This document shows positions 18,588 to 29,600 of a DNA stretch of 64,000 nucleotides, in pieces. The notes beneath the pieces are model-generated. The model was given only the letters and a program-made list of their open reading frames with translations, did no database searches and was not told the origin of the DNA. This stretch comes from Escherichia phage chee24, in sequence record NC_047885.1. One strand, given 5' to 3'. Each line of letters starts with the position of its first letter. Position 1 is the stretch's first letter. The position numbers and the translations under genes were made by a program.

Positions 18588-18872
18588 ATGCTTACAGAGC
18601 CTGATGCTCACCAATTACTGGTCGGTTCCTCATTCATTTTGAATGAATCAACAATAGTTGATAATCCAAATAAATTGTCTAATAGACAACTGGCAGAATA
18701 TCTAGGAATTTTAAGTCTACGAAATTATGCCGAATACAAGTTTACAAACGATCCTAGTTTGGACATACAATATGTTCCAGTATGGATACCACGTTTAGTA
18801 ATCGACACTAACCCACTAATCGCAATTAACAAATCGAAATTAATCTTTAAAGAGGAAATAAAATATGGCTAA
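18588..18872 (+). CDS. hypothetical protein
   Basis: 94-aa ORF downstream of tandem promoters; weak RBS; overlaps the start of the next gene. Confidence 0.3.
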   Translation: MLTEPDAHQLLVGSSFILNESTIVDNPNKLSNRQLAEYLGILSLRNYAEYKFTNDPSLDIQYVPVWIPRLVIDTNPLIAINKSKLIFKEEIKYG

Positions 18873-19638
18873 GTCTTGGGGCGAAACTACTGGCGGTTCT
18901 AACGATAAAATCGAATTCCTGAAGTTCAACAACGGTATCACTCGTGTTCGTATCGTTTCTGGTGTTCTTCCACGTTATGTCTACTGGCTGACTAATAAAG
19001 AGGGTAGCGTAGCTCCTTTCGAATGTCTCCGTTTTAACCGCGACAAAGAGAGCTTTGTTCGTGGTAAAGCTGATCCGGTTCATGAGATGGGCTTCTTTGA
19101 GAAAGAGCTGGATAAAGATGGTAATCGCGTTCCGCTGAAACCGAAGAAAAACTATATCGCTTTTGTTATCGACCGTTCTGATAACAAACTGAAAGTAATG
19201 GAAGTCAAAGCTACTATTCTGAAAGGCATCCAGTCTATCATGAAGCAGTTGAATCTGGCAACTCCGTTTGATATTGATATTTCTATTGAGAAAAAAGGCA
19301 AAGGTTTCGATACTGAGTATGATGTACAGCAGATTGCTGCTATGCAGTTCCAGATTAAGCTGCAAGATCCTAACAGTGCAGAATCTAAGCAATATGCTGC
19401 GGATGTAGATCTGATTGGTGAAGCTATGTGTGACGAAGATGGCGACATCATTAAGTTCGAAAAAGTTCCTTCTCTGGAACAAACCTATCCGGTTCCTACC
19501 TATGAAGAGCAGAAAGAAGCAATTCAAGCCTTCATGGAAGGTCGTGAGAATAAAGATGATGATGCCAAATCTGGTAACAGCAATGCTGGTTCCCAGAAAG
19601 GTATTGACCAAGAAGCTGCAAGCGATCTGGACGATTAA
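18865..19638 (+). CDS. putative single-stranded DNA-binding protein
   Basis: 257 aa; strong RBS AAGAGGA; host-optimised codons; acidic C-terminal tail (DQEAASDLDD) typical of SSBs; sits between helicase and SbcCD-like genes. Function inferred, not proven. Confidence 0.4.
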   Translation: MAKSWGETTGGSNDKIEFLKFNNGITRVRIVSGVLPRYVYWLTNKEGSVAPFECLRFNRDKESFVRGKADPVHEMGFFEKELDKDGNRVPLKPKKNYIAFVIDRSDNKLKVMEVKATILKGIQSIMKQLNLATPFDIDISIEKKGKGFDTEYDVQQIAAMQFQIKLQDPNSAESKQYAADVDLIGEAMCDEDGDIIKFEKVPSLEQTYPVPTYEEQKEAIQAFMEGRENKDDDAKSGNSNAGSQKGIDQEAASDLDD

Positions 19639-19644
19639 TAAATA

Positions 19645-19669
19645 GAGGGGCCGAAGCCCCTTTCTTTTT
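19645..19669 (+). terminator. rho-independent terminator
   Basis: GAGGGGC-CGAA-GCCCCT followed by TTCTTTTT, right after the SSB-like gene. Confidence 0.65.
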
Positions 19670-19674
19670 AACCA

Positions 19675-20652
19675 ATGAGAATATTATTTAGTGCTGATCA
19701 TCATATCAAACTAGGACAAGATAAAGTTCCAAAGGAATGGCAGAAGCGTCGCTTCCTGATGCTAGGAGAACGGTTAAATGATATATTCCATAATCATAAC
19801 TGTGATCTTCATATTGCTGGTGGTGATATACTTGATGTTGCCGACCCGTCGTCAGAAGAAATAGAACTGCTTGAACAGTTCATGTCAAGACTTGACCATC
19901 CAGGCAAAATCTTTACTGGAAATCATGAAATGTTAACTAAAACCATTTCATGTCTGTACCATTATGCGGGAGTTATTAATAAAGTAACTAGTGGGAAGTG
20001 GGAAGTAATTACCAAACCATATCGTTCCCCTGAATTTGATATTGTTCCGTATGATGAGATTCATAAACCCAAGTGGAAACCTGCTGAATCAAAACTATGT
20101 TTCACGCATGTTCGTGGTGAAATCCCTCCACATGTAAAACCAGAAATTGATCTAACTAAGTACAACTGTTATGATACTGTAATTGCTGGTGATTTACATT
20201 CTTATACTAATAGCCAGACTATCGGGTCTACTAGACTCCTCTACCCAGGGTCTCCATTAACTACATCGTTCCATAGAGAACGTACAAAAGGTACAAATGG
20301 TTGTTTCATTGTTGATACCGATACATTAAAAGTAGAATGGATTGAACTTGGCGATCTACCTCAGTTGATTCGTAAGACAATCGAGGTTGGAGAAGAAATG
20401 GAACCGAGTGATTATGATCGTGTAGTCTACGAAGTTACTGGTGACGTTGTTCAATTAAAGTCTATCAAAGACTCTGATTTATTAGACAAGAAGATTAACC
20501 ATCGAGTTACTAAAGATGCTAAGTTAAATCTTGTTGATCTTGATATGTTGGGCGAACTTGAACTTTACTTCCATGAAGTCGAGAAGCTATCTCAAGGCGA
20601 CATTGATAGAATCTTGGCTAGAGCTGCGAAATATGTCAAAGATTATAATTAA
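19675..20652 (+). CDS. SbcD/Mre11-like nuclease (calcineurin-like metallophosphatase)
   Basis: Motifs ADHH (I), GDILD (II) and GNHE (III); paired with the downstream SbcC-like ATPase. Confidence 0.8.
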   Translation: MRILFSADHHIKLGQDKVPKEWQKRRFLMLGERLNDIFHNHNCDLHIAGGDILDVADPSSEEIELLEQFMSRLDHPGKIFTGNHEMLTKTISCLYHYAGVINKVTSGKWEVITKPYRSPEFDIVPYDEIHKPKWKPAESKLCFTHVRGEIPPHVKPEIDLTKYNCYDTVIAGDLHSYTNSQTIGSTRLLYPGSPLTTSFHRERTKGTNGCFIVDTDTLKVEWIELGDLPQLIRKTIEVGEEMEPSDYDRVVYEVTGDVVQLKSIKDSDLLDKKINHRVTKDAKLNLVDLDMLGELELYFHEVEKLSQGDIDRILARAAKYVKDYN

Positions 20653-22471
20653 GACACTAAAATTTAGTAACGTTATGTCTTACGGTAAGGACATCGTAAT
20701 TCATTTCGATAAGAATCCAGTTACTCAACTAATTGGGGGCAATGGGCTAGGGAAATCCACCATCGCTACGGTTATCGAGGAATTGTTTTATAACAAGAAC
20801 TCTCGAGGTATCAAGAAGGATGCATTATTCTCTTGGAATGCCCCTAAGAAAGAATACGATATGCACGCTTACTTTTCAAAAGATGATGATGAGTATGAGC
20901 TGCATAAAGTTGTCAAGTCAACTGCTAAAGTAACGTTGATTAAGAACGGGGAAGATATTAGCGGGCATACTGCAACCCAAACATACAAGATGATTGAAGA
21001 GATTATGGGTGGTGACTTTCAAACATTCACCAAACTGATTTATCAATCAGTGGGTTCCAACCTAGACTTTCTAAAAGCAACGGATGCAACACGTAAAGCG
21101 TTTCTTGTTAACCTGTTTAACCAGGAACAGTACAAAGAAATGTCTGAGACTATCAAAGCTGATCGTAAAGAAGTGGCAGCCACATTAAGTAATCTGCAGG
21201 GCCAAATGGCTGTAATTACGAAAATCCTTAATGGAAAGAATAATCTGGGAACTTTGCAGGAACCTGTAGAAGTACCGGAGTTTGATGAAGAGCCATTAGC
21301 ACAAGAACTTACTGAATCGAAAATTAAGGCGGCATTAGCCAAGTCTCAAGAGGCTAATATTACTAAATTGCGTAATTTGGACAAAGCTGTACAAGTTGCC
21401 GAACAATCTTTCGAGCCTTTCAAAAATTTGCCCGCGCCCACTGACCAAAACGAAGAGATCTCAAGTGTTACGCGTGACCTAACGATTGTGACCTCACGTG
21501 CGGGCGAAGTTAAGAAACGTTATCAGAAGTTCAAGCAAGAGGCTTCAAATACTGAATGCCCTACTTGTGGTACTCATCTGGATACAACTGCTGCTCAAAA
21601 AGCAATGGATATGGCTAGAATAGAATATGATCCTCTGTTCAAAGAGAAGCAATCTCTTGAAGCTAAGCTAGAACAGTTGAAGAAAGAACAACTTGAGTAC
21701 GTTGCGTATACTAGAGCAAAGGATGCTTTGGATAAAGCGGTGGTAGCTAGAGACGAGTTCAAAAATTCAATGAGTGATGCTTCTTTTGAAGAACTCAATG
21801 TGCAAATCCTACAGGTGCAAATCCGACAATTAGAACAGGCAATCGCTGATGGACGTTCTAAGGTTGCAATTGCCAAAGAGCATAATGCAAATGTCGAATT
21901 AGCTAATGCAAAATATAAAGCGAAACTAGAACAGATTGAGAAAGCTGAAGCAGAAATGTCTGAGATTACTTCCAAACTGAATGGAGTATCAGAAGCTGTA
22001 GCTGATCTTGATATTCTAATTGCTGCTTTGAAAAATCTGGTGGGATATAAATTAGAGCATAGTGTGAAAGTATTTGAAGAACTAATTAATAAATACCTTT
22101 CCATTATGACTGGAGGTAAATTCGCACTTGGATTTGAACTTGATGAAACAAAATTACAAGTAGTAATCTTCAATGATGGAAACCGTACCAGTATGGAGAA
22201 CTGCTCTACTGGTCAGCAAAGTCGAATTAATTTAGCAACATTGTTAGCGATTCGTATGCTGTTAACATCTATTAGTAAAGTTAATATTAATCTTCTATTC
22301 CTTGATGAAGTAATTAGCTTTATTGATACGAAAGGACTTGATACTCTCGTTGAACTATTAAATGAGGAAGAAAGTCTAAATTCTATCATTGTTTCTCATG
22401 GGCATACGCATCCATTAGCTCATAAGATTACTGTCAAAAAAGATGCAGAAGGATTTTCCTACTTAGAATAA
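20633..22471 (+). CDS. SbcC/Rad50-like ATPase
   Basis: ATG at 20633 overlapping the SbcD-like 3' end; Walker A GGNGLGKST; long coiled-coil middle with CPTCG zinc hook; C-terminal LLFLDEV Walker B/D-loop. Confidence 0.8.
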   Translation: MSKIIIKTLKFSNVMSYGKDIVIHFDKNPVTQLIGGNGLGKSTIATVIEELFYNKNSRGIKKDALFSWNAPKKEYDMHAYFSKDDDEYELHKVVKSTAKVTLIKNGEDISGHTATQTYKMIEEIMGGDFQTFTKLIYQSVGSNLDFLKATDATRKAFLVNLFNQEQYKEMSETIKADRKEVAATLSNLQGQMAVITKILNGKNNLGTLQEPVEVPEFDEEPLAQELTESKIKAALAKSQEANITKLRNLDKAVQVAEQSFEPFKNLPAPTDQNEEISSVTRDLTIVTSRAGEVKKRYQKFKQEASNTECPTCGTHLDTTAAQKAMDMARIEYDPLFKEKQSLEAKLEQLKKEQLEYVAYTRAKDALDKAVVARDEFKNSMSDASFEELNVQILQVQIRQLEQAIADGRSKVAIAKEHNANVELANAKYKAKLEQIEKAEAEMSEITSKLNGVSEAVADLDILIAALKNLVGYKLEHSVKVFEELINKYLSIMTGGKFALGFELDETKLQVVIFNDGNRTSMENCSTGQQSRINLATLLAIRMLLTSISKVNINLLFLDEVISFIDTKGLDTLVELLNEEESLNSIIVSHGHTHPLAHKITVKKDAEGFSYLE

Positions 22472-22474
22472 AAC

Positions 22475-22957
22475 ATGGCTGTAGATAGTAGAGAGAAAGG
22501 TAAACGTGGTGAATATCAGGTAAGAGATATTCTACGTGAGCGTACAGGTCTTGAGTGGGAACGTGTTCCTGGCTCTGGTGCTTTTGGCCAGAGCCACGGA
22601 CTGAAGGGTGACATCTACCTTCCACCACAAAGCGGACACATTAGTAAATACTGCTTCGAGGTTAAGTGGTATAAAGATGATAATATATCAAGTAATTTAT
22701 TTAATGTTGGTGAATCCACTCTAGAGAAGTGGTGGCAGCAGTGCTCACGTGAAGGCGAGCAGATGAACTCCAAGCCTGCATTAATATTCAAAAAAGACAG
22801 AGGACAGTGGTTAATAGCTTTAGATAGCTCAGACCCGATGGTTGACAACTTAATGAGTCGTACCCATATGGTGTTAAATAAGAAAGGCATGGAAATCGTA
22901 ATCGGTTTATTTGAGCCGTGGCTACATAATGCATCTGTTGAGGACTTAATTAAATAA
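22475..22957 (+). CDS. putative Hjc-like Holliday junction resolvase / PD-(D/E)xK-fold nuclease
   Basis: 160 aa; pattern KGKRGE...RVPGSG...GDIYL...FEVKW resembles the archaeal Hjc catalytic arrangement (E, D, E-x-K); located in the recombination cluster. Confidence 0.4.
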   Translation: MAVDSREKGKRGEYQVRDILRERTGLEWERVPGSGAFGQSHGLKGDIYLPPQSGHISKYCFEVKWYKDDNISSNLFNVGESTLEKWWQQCSREGEQMNSKPALIFKKDRGQWLIALDSSDPMVDNLMSRTHMVLNKKGMEIVIGLFEPWLHNASVEDLIK

Positions 22958-23832
22958 TGAGCAAATCCTGGGGAAAATTTATTGAAGAAGAGGAAGCTGA
23001 AATGGCTTCCCGTCGTAACCTAATGATTGTCGATGGAACTAACTTAGGCTTTCGCTTCAAACATAACAACAGTAAAAAACCATTTGCCTCAAGTTATGTT
23101 TCAACTATTCAATCTTTAGCAAAATCCTACTCCGCAAGAACTACGATTGTTCTAGGTGATAAGGGGAAATCTGTATTTCGTCTAGAACATCTACCAGAGT
23201 ATAAAGGTAATCGTGATGAAAAGTATGCACAACGTACAGAAGAAGAGAAAGCACTGGACGAACAGTTCTTTGAGTATTTGAAAGATGCTTTCGAGTTGTG
23301 TGAAACTACATTCCCAACTTTTACCATTCGTGGTGTAGAAGCAGATGATATGGCAGCTTATATTGTTAAGCTCATCGGGCATCTTTATGATCACGTTTGG
23401 TTGATTTCTACCGATGGTGACTGGGATACGTTATTAACGGATAAAGTTTCTCGTTTTTCTTTCACAACACGTCGTGAATACCATCTTCGTGATATGTATG
23501 AGCATCATAATGTGGATGATGTTGAGCAGTTTATCTCTCTGAAAGCAATTATGGGAGATCTAGGGGATAATATTCGTGGCGTTGAAGGTATTGGGGCAAA
23601 ACGCGGATATAATATTATTCGTGAGTTTGGTAACGTACTAGATATTATTGATCAGCTTCCCCTGCCTGGAAAACAGAAATATATACAGAATCTGAATGCA
23701 TCGGAAGAACTACTTTTCCGAAACTTGATTCTGGTTGATTTACCGACGTATTGTGTAGATGCTATTGCTGCCGCAGGGCAAGATGTATTAGATAAATTTA
23801 CAAAAGATATTTTGGAGATTGCAGGACAATGA
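22957..23832 (+). CDS. 5'-3' exonuclease / flap endonuclease
   Basis: 291 aa; N-terminal NLMIVDGTNLGFRF and acidic-residue clusters typical of FEN/5'-nuclease domains; H3TH-like GIGAKRG. Confidence 0.85.
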   Translation: MSKSWGKFIEEEEAEMASRRNLMIVDGTNLGFRFKHNNSKKPFASSYVSTIQSLAKSYSARTTIVLGDKGKSVFRLEHLPEYKGNRDEKYAQRTEEEKALDEQFFEYLKDAFELCETTFPTFTIRGVEADDMAAYIVKLIGHLYDHVWLISTDGDWDTLLTDKVSRFSFTTRREYHLRDMYEHHNVDDVEQFISLKAIMGDLGDNIRGVEGIGAKRGYNIIREFGNVLDIIDQLPLPGKQKYIQNLNASEELLFRNLILVDLPTYCVDAIAAAGQDVLDKFTKDILEIAGQ

Positions 23833-24275
23833 TTAAAATTAAATTAACTCACCCAGATTGTATGCCTAAGATTGGCTCTGAAGATGCCGCAGGTATGGAT
23901 CTGCGAGCATTCTTTGGTACTAACCCTGCCGCAGATTTACGTGCTATTGCACCAGGCAAATCCTTAATGATTGACACCGGTGTCGCGGTGGAAATTCCGC
24001 GAGGTTGGTTCGGTTTGGTAGTTCCGCGTAGTTCTTTAGGAAAGCGCCATTTGATGATTGCAAACACCGCAGGTGTGATCGACTCAGATTATCGTGGGAC
24101 TATTAAGATGAACCTGTTTAACTACGGTTCTGAAATTCAAACATTAGAAAATTTCGAGAGACTTTGTCAGCTAGTGGTACTACCACACTATTCAACTCAT
24201 CATTTTGAAATCGTTGACGAACTAGAGGAGACTGTACGTGGAGAAGGTGGATTTGGAAGCTCAGGAAGTAAATAA
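23829..24275 (+). CDS. dut: dUTP diphosphatase (dUTPase)
   Basis: All five dUTPase motifs present: AGMDLRA, GLVVPRSSLG, GVIDSDYRG, and C-terminal RGEGGFGSSG. Confidence 0.85.
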   Translation: MIKIKLTHPDCMPKIGSEDAAGMDLRAFFGTNPAADLRAIAPGKSLMIDTGVAVEIPRGWFGLVVPRSSLGKRHLMIANTAGVIDSDYRGTIKMNLFNYGSEIQTLENFERLCQLVVLPHYSTHHFEIVDELEETVRGEGGFGSSGSK

Positions 24276-24507
24276 GCATGATTATTCAGATCCTAAAATG
24301 ATAGGTAACTTTGAACATTCAAAAAACTACCACATTGCGGTTGCTGAACCTAACCTAAATAATGTAGTTCTGAAAGTAGATAATGAAGGCAATGTAATCC
24401 ATTGGAATGAAGAAGCTTTTGTTGAGCTATGTAGCAAGTCTCAAGATCCTACGCTTAGAGCTATGTTAGCAGTATTTAACTTAGGTATTATTGCTGGAAA
24501 CAGATAA
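24238..24507 (+). CDS. hypothetical protein
   Basis: 89-aa ORF overlapping the dUTPase 3' end (GTG start; internal ATG at 24298 possible); last + strand ORF before the bidirectional terminator. Confidence 0.3.
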   Translation: MEKVDLEAQEVNKHDYSDPKMIGNFEHSKNYHIAVAEPNLNNVVLKVDNEGNVIHWNEEAFVELCSKSQDPTLRAMLAVFNLGIIAGNR

Positions 24508-24514
24508 TAGTAAA

Positions 24515-24544
24515 CCCCAGTGGATTGCCCACTGGGGTTTTCTT
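24515..24544. terminator. bidirectional terminator between convergent early (+) and late (-) units
   Basis: 9-bp stem CCCCAGTGG / CCACTGGGG flanked by an A-run on one side and a T-run on the other; + genes end at 24507 and - genes end at 24545. Confidence 0.65.
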
Positions 24545-26632
24545 TTATTTATCAAGTAACTGTTTTACCAGTTTCTTAAGCTCATCAATCTCTTGTTGCT
24601 GCTTTTCAACAACTTCATTAAGCTCGTTAAAAGCATTAACTAGAAGAGCATTGACACCTGCATGGGAGACACCAAGCATACTGTCTTCTTTTTGTGGCTC
24701 AATCTTGTACACTGCTTCTGGGAGGACAGATTGCACATCTTGAGCGATAACACCAGCCTCAGTACTGTAAACAGTATCTTTTTCCTCTTTAAGAGTATTT
24801 CTCTTATAATATGTATAGCCTACTAGAGATTTAACCTTATCACGAGCATTCTCAATTTCCTTAAGATCGGCTTTCATGCGAATATCAGAACTGCTTACCC
24901 AGTTACCACCAACAGCATTACCAGCGCTATCAAAACGAAACTCAGCCCCCCTGCAATACATGTTTAACTGTGCACCGCCGGCACTCCAGCCTACTACATC
25001 CATACCGGCTAACCAGTCTACACCCCACATTACGCTTTTAAATACAGAAGATGCAGCATCCAATCCAGTATGTTCTACTAGCATTCCTGTAGGTCTTGAT
25101 CTCCAATCAGTAAATGAACCACCACTAATAGCACCGCTTATTAGTGACCCAGATTCCCCACTTGCAGCCCCCTGTACTCTAATGGCACCTCGATTAGATA
25201 TTGCATTAACTAATTGCCCCAAAGCTCCATGAGCTTGCTGCCATACACCCCAAGTACCACCCTCCATAATGCGTACGCTTACTGAACCTTTCCAAGTTCC
25301 TGTAAACATGGTGGCTCTTTGCATTCTATAGTTAGGATCTGGGTGTACTAGAGTCTCTAGGAAAAACCAAGCGTCTTCCAACCCGTTTATTTGTTGGTAT
25401 GGTCGGGTACCAACAATATTTCCTCCAGTAGGTGGAACAGTAAACCTACAAGTTACAGCAAGAGTATCAAAGTTAAATCCATTTGGGTACTTACCATCCA
25501 TAGAGGACAAGAGGTCCCACTCTGTTAATTCTAGATTTTTTCTAGCTTGGCCAGCAGAATTAGCCCCCGTACCCCCAGCTGCAATAGCCAAAGGAACCCA
25601 AGTATCAGTATCCTCTTTCCAGCTACCCCATTCCCCATTAGGCCTAGCAGTGATTCTGAATCCAGACCCTGGAGCATACATCATAGTCTCAGTAGCACTT
25701 TGTTTGAATCTGTCAATATCTAGGTTAGTTCTGGCACCATCCTTAGAATTTGCCCCCGTACCACCGTTAGAGAATTGAACAGTAGTTTGATCATTGAACT
25801 GCTCCTGCCAGCCCCTCCAGTTGCCTGTACCGTCAAGAACGTTAACCCAAGAACTACCAGACGAGCCAACCGCATGTAGTACCCCGTATTGGGCAGCACC
25901 ATTTATATCTATACCGTGGCAGTGAAAATTATATGTCCACCAACCTTCTTGCTTAGAAGGCCCGTTAACTATTAATCCACCAGATGAATAATACCCGCTT
26001 TGACCTGCAACTGCAACATGGTTTAGAACATCTTCTCCATCAGCTATTTTTTCAGCTAAGGCACCAACCGGAACATTAAGATTTTTTCTTGCTACTTTTG
26101 GAGTAGTTCCTCCAGTACCACCAAATGCAACTTTTAGTGATTGTACTACTGTCGTAGAACTGTCAATTAGACCAAAATCCCCATTATCATATATAAATAA
26201 AGAATACTTACCATTTGGAGAAGTAACAAAAGTTCCACTATCTTGCTGCCGTAGGCGTTCAACTTGTAAGGCTTTCTTAGCACCCTCTAACGTAGTAGCA
26301 CCAGTACCACCCTGAGCAATAGTAATAGCTTTAGTCAGTGCATTTAATTCTGTAATATCGTTATTAGCACCTTTAGCAGCTTTAGTACCTAAAGTAGTAT
26401 TAATACCACCTAATGCAGTATTAATATTACCAATTGATTCATTAATACTATTAATAGATGCATCAGTAGCAGCTTTATCAGTAGTATATTTAGAAATTTG
26501 TAGATATTTGGAAGTTAGTACAACAGCACCAGCCTCTCCATCGACAGAGAAAACACCAGCAACTGCAGCGTCTCTGTTAACTACTACGTAAGGCGCCATT
26601 GCGCCAGATTTAGGCATTAAATTACGTGACAT
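24545..26632 (-). CDS. tail fibre protein (LtfB-like) with C-terminal intramolecular chaperone (S74-type) domain
   Basis: 695 aa, G/S/T/N-rich; C-terminal SDIRMKADLKEIENA...GVIAQDVQ...coiled-coil tail matches auto-cleaving intramolecular chaperone domains of phage fibres. Confidence 0.75.
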   Translation of the reverse strand: MSRNLMPKSGAMAPYVVVNRDAAVAGVFSVDGEAGAVVLTSKYLQISKYTTDKAATDASINSINESIGNINTALGGINTTLGTKAAKGANNDITELNALTKAITIAQGGTGATTLEGAKKALQVERLRQQDSGTFVTSPNGKYSLFIYDNGDFGLIDSSTTVVQSLKVAFGGTGGTTPKVARKNLNVPVGALAEKIADGEDVLNHVAVAGQSGYYSSGGLIVNGPSKQEGWWTYNFHCHGIDINGAAQYGVLHAVGSSGSSWVNVLDGTGNWRGWQEQFNDQTTVQFSNGGTGANSKDGARTNLDIDRFKQSATETMMYAPGSGFRITARPNGEWGSWKEDTDTWVPLAIAAGGTGANSAGQARKNLELTEWDLLSSMDGKYPNGFNFDTLAVTCRFTVPPTGGNIVGTRPYQQINGLEDAWFFLETLVHPDPNYRMQRATMFTGTWKGSVSVRIMEGGTWGVWQQAHGALGQLVNAISNRGAIRVQGAASGESGSLISGAISGGSFTDWRSRPTGMLVEHTGLDAASSVFKSVMWGVDWLAGMDVVGWSAGGAQLNMYCRGAEFRFDSAGNAVGGNWVSSSDIRMKADLKEIENARDKVKSLVGYTYYKRNTLKEEKDTVYSTEAGVIAQDVQSVLPEAVYKIEPQKEDSMLGVSHAGVNALLVNAFNELNEVVEKQQQEIDELKKLVKQLLDK

Positions 26633-26675
26633 AGTATTTCCTTAGTAAATAGGGGAGAATTACTCCCCTATACTC

Positions 26676-29600
26676 TTACTTATTTACCAGAGTAGCCACT
26701 AGAGCTTTTAACTCTGCCAGCTCTGCCTTAACGGATTTCAGTTCTTCCTGGGACTCTTCGAACTTTAGAGATAAGTAACGAACTGCTAAAGCTGTATCAA
26801 TAGCAATTGGGTTGATATCTAAGGCTAGAGTATCATCATTGTAATCAATGATCTTACCTTCTACGTTCTCAGTTTCTTCGTCACAGCAATGATGTTCTGA
26901 AGTTTCTATGATAGGAGAACCAGGAACCAGTTTTACGTACTCAGGGTCAATTTTATAAAGATCTTGAGCAATAACACCACGGCGTACACGATTATACTTA
27001 TCTAGTTTATAGATAAATGTGGTAGGTTTAAATTGCTTTATATTCTCATAGGAGGCTAACCCATCATCATAATTAATATCTCTTTTGATATCTCTATCTG
27101 AAGAAGGGTTCATAGCAATGTCATAGTTACCTCCCCAAGGATCATTACCCCAAGTATATATGCTACCATTTGTTCTAAAGGTGAATGAACGGTGGAACTG
27201 GCCATCCCCATTTAACTTAAGAGCAGCATCAGGCCATGCAGCGTTACCATTAGAAATACATCCAAGCCCAACACGTAGTGAGTAGCCTCCTGTAGATACA
27301 GTACCACCAGAAACAAATGGAGACCAACCACCATCATTATTTATTACAGACTCTGCATGAAATGGGGCACCCATGTAATTCCACTCTAAGCCCCAAGATC
27401 CTTGGATACACTGACCACGAAAACCTCTTTGAGCAGTTATGTGCCCACCGAAAGAGTTATAGAAGTTAAACTCTTTCCAATCTGTACCACTATTATTAAC
27501 TCCAATACGGAGGCAGTCTAAGTCCGGTCCACTACCACGGATACCACCTACTTGCCAGTAACCGTTATACCAGTTACCCTGTAGTAAGTTAACCCAAGAA
27601 CCAGCACCAGGGTCATTATTAGGAGTAGGTACAACCATACTAATTTCCCTGTTGCCCCCACCTGTTTGCTGTATATAGATTTTTTCCCCGCCTTTGATCC
27701 ATCCCTGGGCTGTAACATAACCACTTGCAAGGTAGTTAACTGCATGTACATTCTGTAGCCCAGTTAAATCACCATTTTCTACAAACTGTATATAACGGTT
27801 TGCACCATTTAAAGTATTGTTAATATGAAGGGTAATTTTAGCCAAGCCTGATTGCATCTCATGATAGATTCTACCCTGAGTAATAACATTTTGATCAGAT
27901 TCCTTTAGCCTATTTAGGTTAAGGATACCACTATAGGGTATACTTTCGGGGTTAGATAGATCTACCCCAGTAAATCTAGTAGTATTATGATACCCCAATC
28001 CAAAGTTATCACGTGCAGCAACTTTATCAGTAGCTCCCGTACCTCCAGAGCCTATAGGCAACGCAGCTACCGTTTCTTCACCCCTCTTCCAGACACCCCA
28101 TGTTCCATCATTAGTTATTCTAAACTCATGAATACCAGCAGGGCTCTGGAGGGAATTGAAAGCAGCATCAGCGGGACTATCATTACAGAAAACTCCACCA
28201 ACTTCTAAAGCTTTCTTAGCGGCACCAACTGTGGTAGCTCCAGTACCGCCTTTAGCTAGACTTAAGACACCTTGAGTATCCCCATTTAAATCCGGCTTAT
28301 TAACAGTACCATAAAGAATATTAGTATGAACAGTAGGGTTTTCACCATCTAAACCACCATCATTGATTGCGGCTACAAATACTGAGGCACTACCATACGC
28401 TGGACAGATAAATGAGTTAGTATCTGCTACTCTGGAATAGAAACCTGCAGCATATGCAGGCAAGCCGTCAAATCCAGTGTCATTGCGATAATACCCAGAA
28501 CCAAAGGCTCTCATAGCCTTGAAAAATGATACTATATCAGGTTCATTTAATGCAATACCAGTACCACCTAAACCAAAAGCACCTCTTAATAAAACCTCGC
28601 CATCAGTACCATTCCAAACGTTTTTAGTTACTACATTACCTAGTGCAAGATTTCCATTCTCATCAGGTATAATAGCACCATTAACCATCGCTACGTAAGG
28701 AAGTTTAATAGCACCAGTATCATCAGCAGGACCAACCCCATTCACAGTAGTAATATAAGGGATTTGTTCTTTGATAGCACCAGCATCTTCTTCACCTTTA
28801 GTTGGTGCACGGAATGCCTGTCCTTGCATCATATCTGGTAGACGGAAGGTTGTGGAACCATCACCGGTGGAGAAGTAGAGTGTTGCACCAGCCTGCCATT
28901 GTTCTTCCGTAACAGAGGGGATTAAGCCAGCCTCAATAGCTTCCCAAGTATCTGGATAGTCTACACGAAGAACTTCACGGCCATCAGCAGGTAGAACACC
29001 AGGGTAACCAACACCTGAATCCTTGTTATAAGGGAACCAAGTAACTTCACCTAGCCATAGAGATGGGTTACCACCAGGAAGGGTGATCTGTACGTTACCT
29101 GCATCGTCTGCATGAACGTTGTTAATAGAAACTAGCTTTTGCTCTATTTCTACTAACTCTAGAACAGGAGCTTCAGCAGTACCAGCAACTTTATACCAAC
29201 CGTACTTTGAATCAGTTTGATTCCAGACTAGAACCTTTTCGTCTAGCACACGGTTTACAACATCAGCATCAGCTTCTGCTTTAGTCTTATAAACTTTGAT
29301 AAAACCAGAAATATCTACTTTATCAAGTTTACTATCAACAATCTGAGTTGCACGATCTGCCTCAGCTTTAGCACGATCTGCCTCAGTAGTAGCATCGATA
29401 GCTTTATCACCGGCTTCAGTAGCAGAACCAGCAGCATTAGTTTCAGAAATCTTAGCGTTTAGTTCTGATTGCTTTGCAGCAGCAGCATGTTCGCCAGCAG
29501 TGGTAGCAGCAGCATCAGCTCCATCTTTAGCTGTTTCAGCACCAGTCTTAGCAGCTTCTGCAGCTGTTTGAGCTTGTTGCGCAGCTGTTTTAGCTTGTTC

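Noticed and set aside
18847-19611. 254-aa ORF on the - strand
   Set aside because: Lies entirely antisense to the well-supported SSB-like gene (18865..19638); low-complexity translation, no RBS; shadow ORF.
21595-22173. 192-aa ORF on the - strand
   Set aside because: Antisense to the SbcC-like gene, which has clear ATPase motifs; Ser/Ala/Cys-rich translation typical of a shadow frame.
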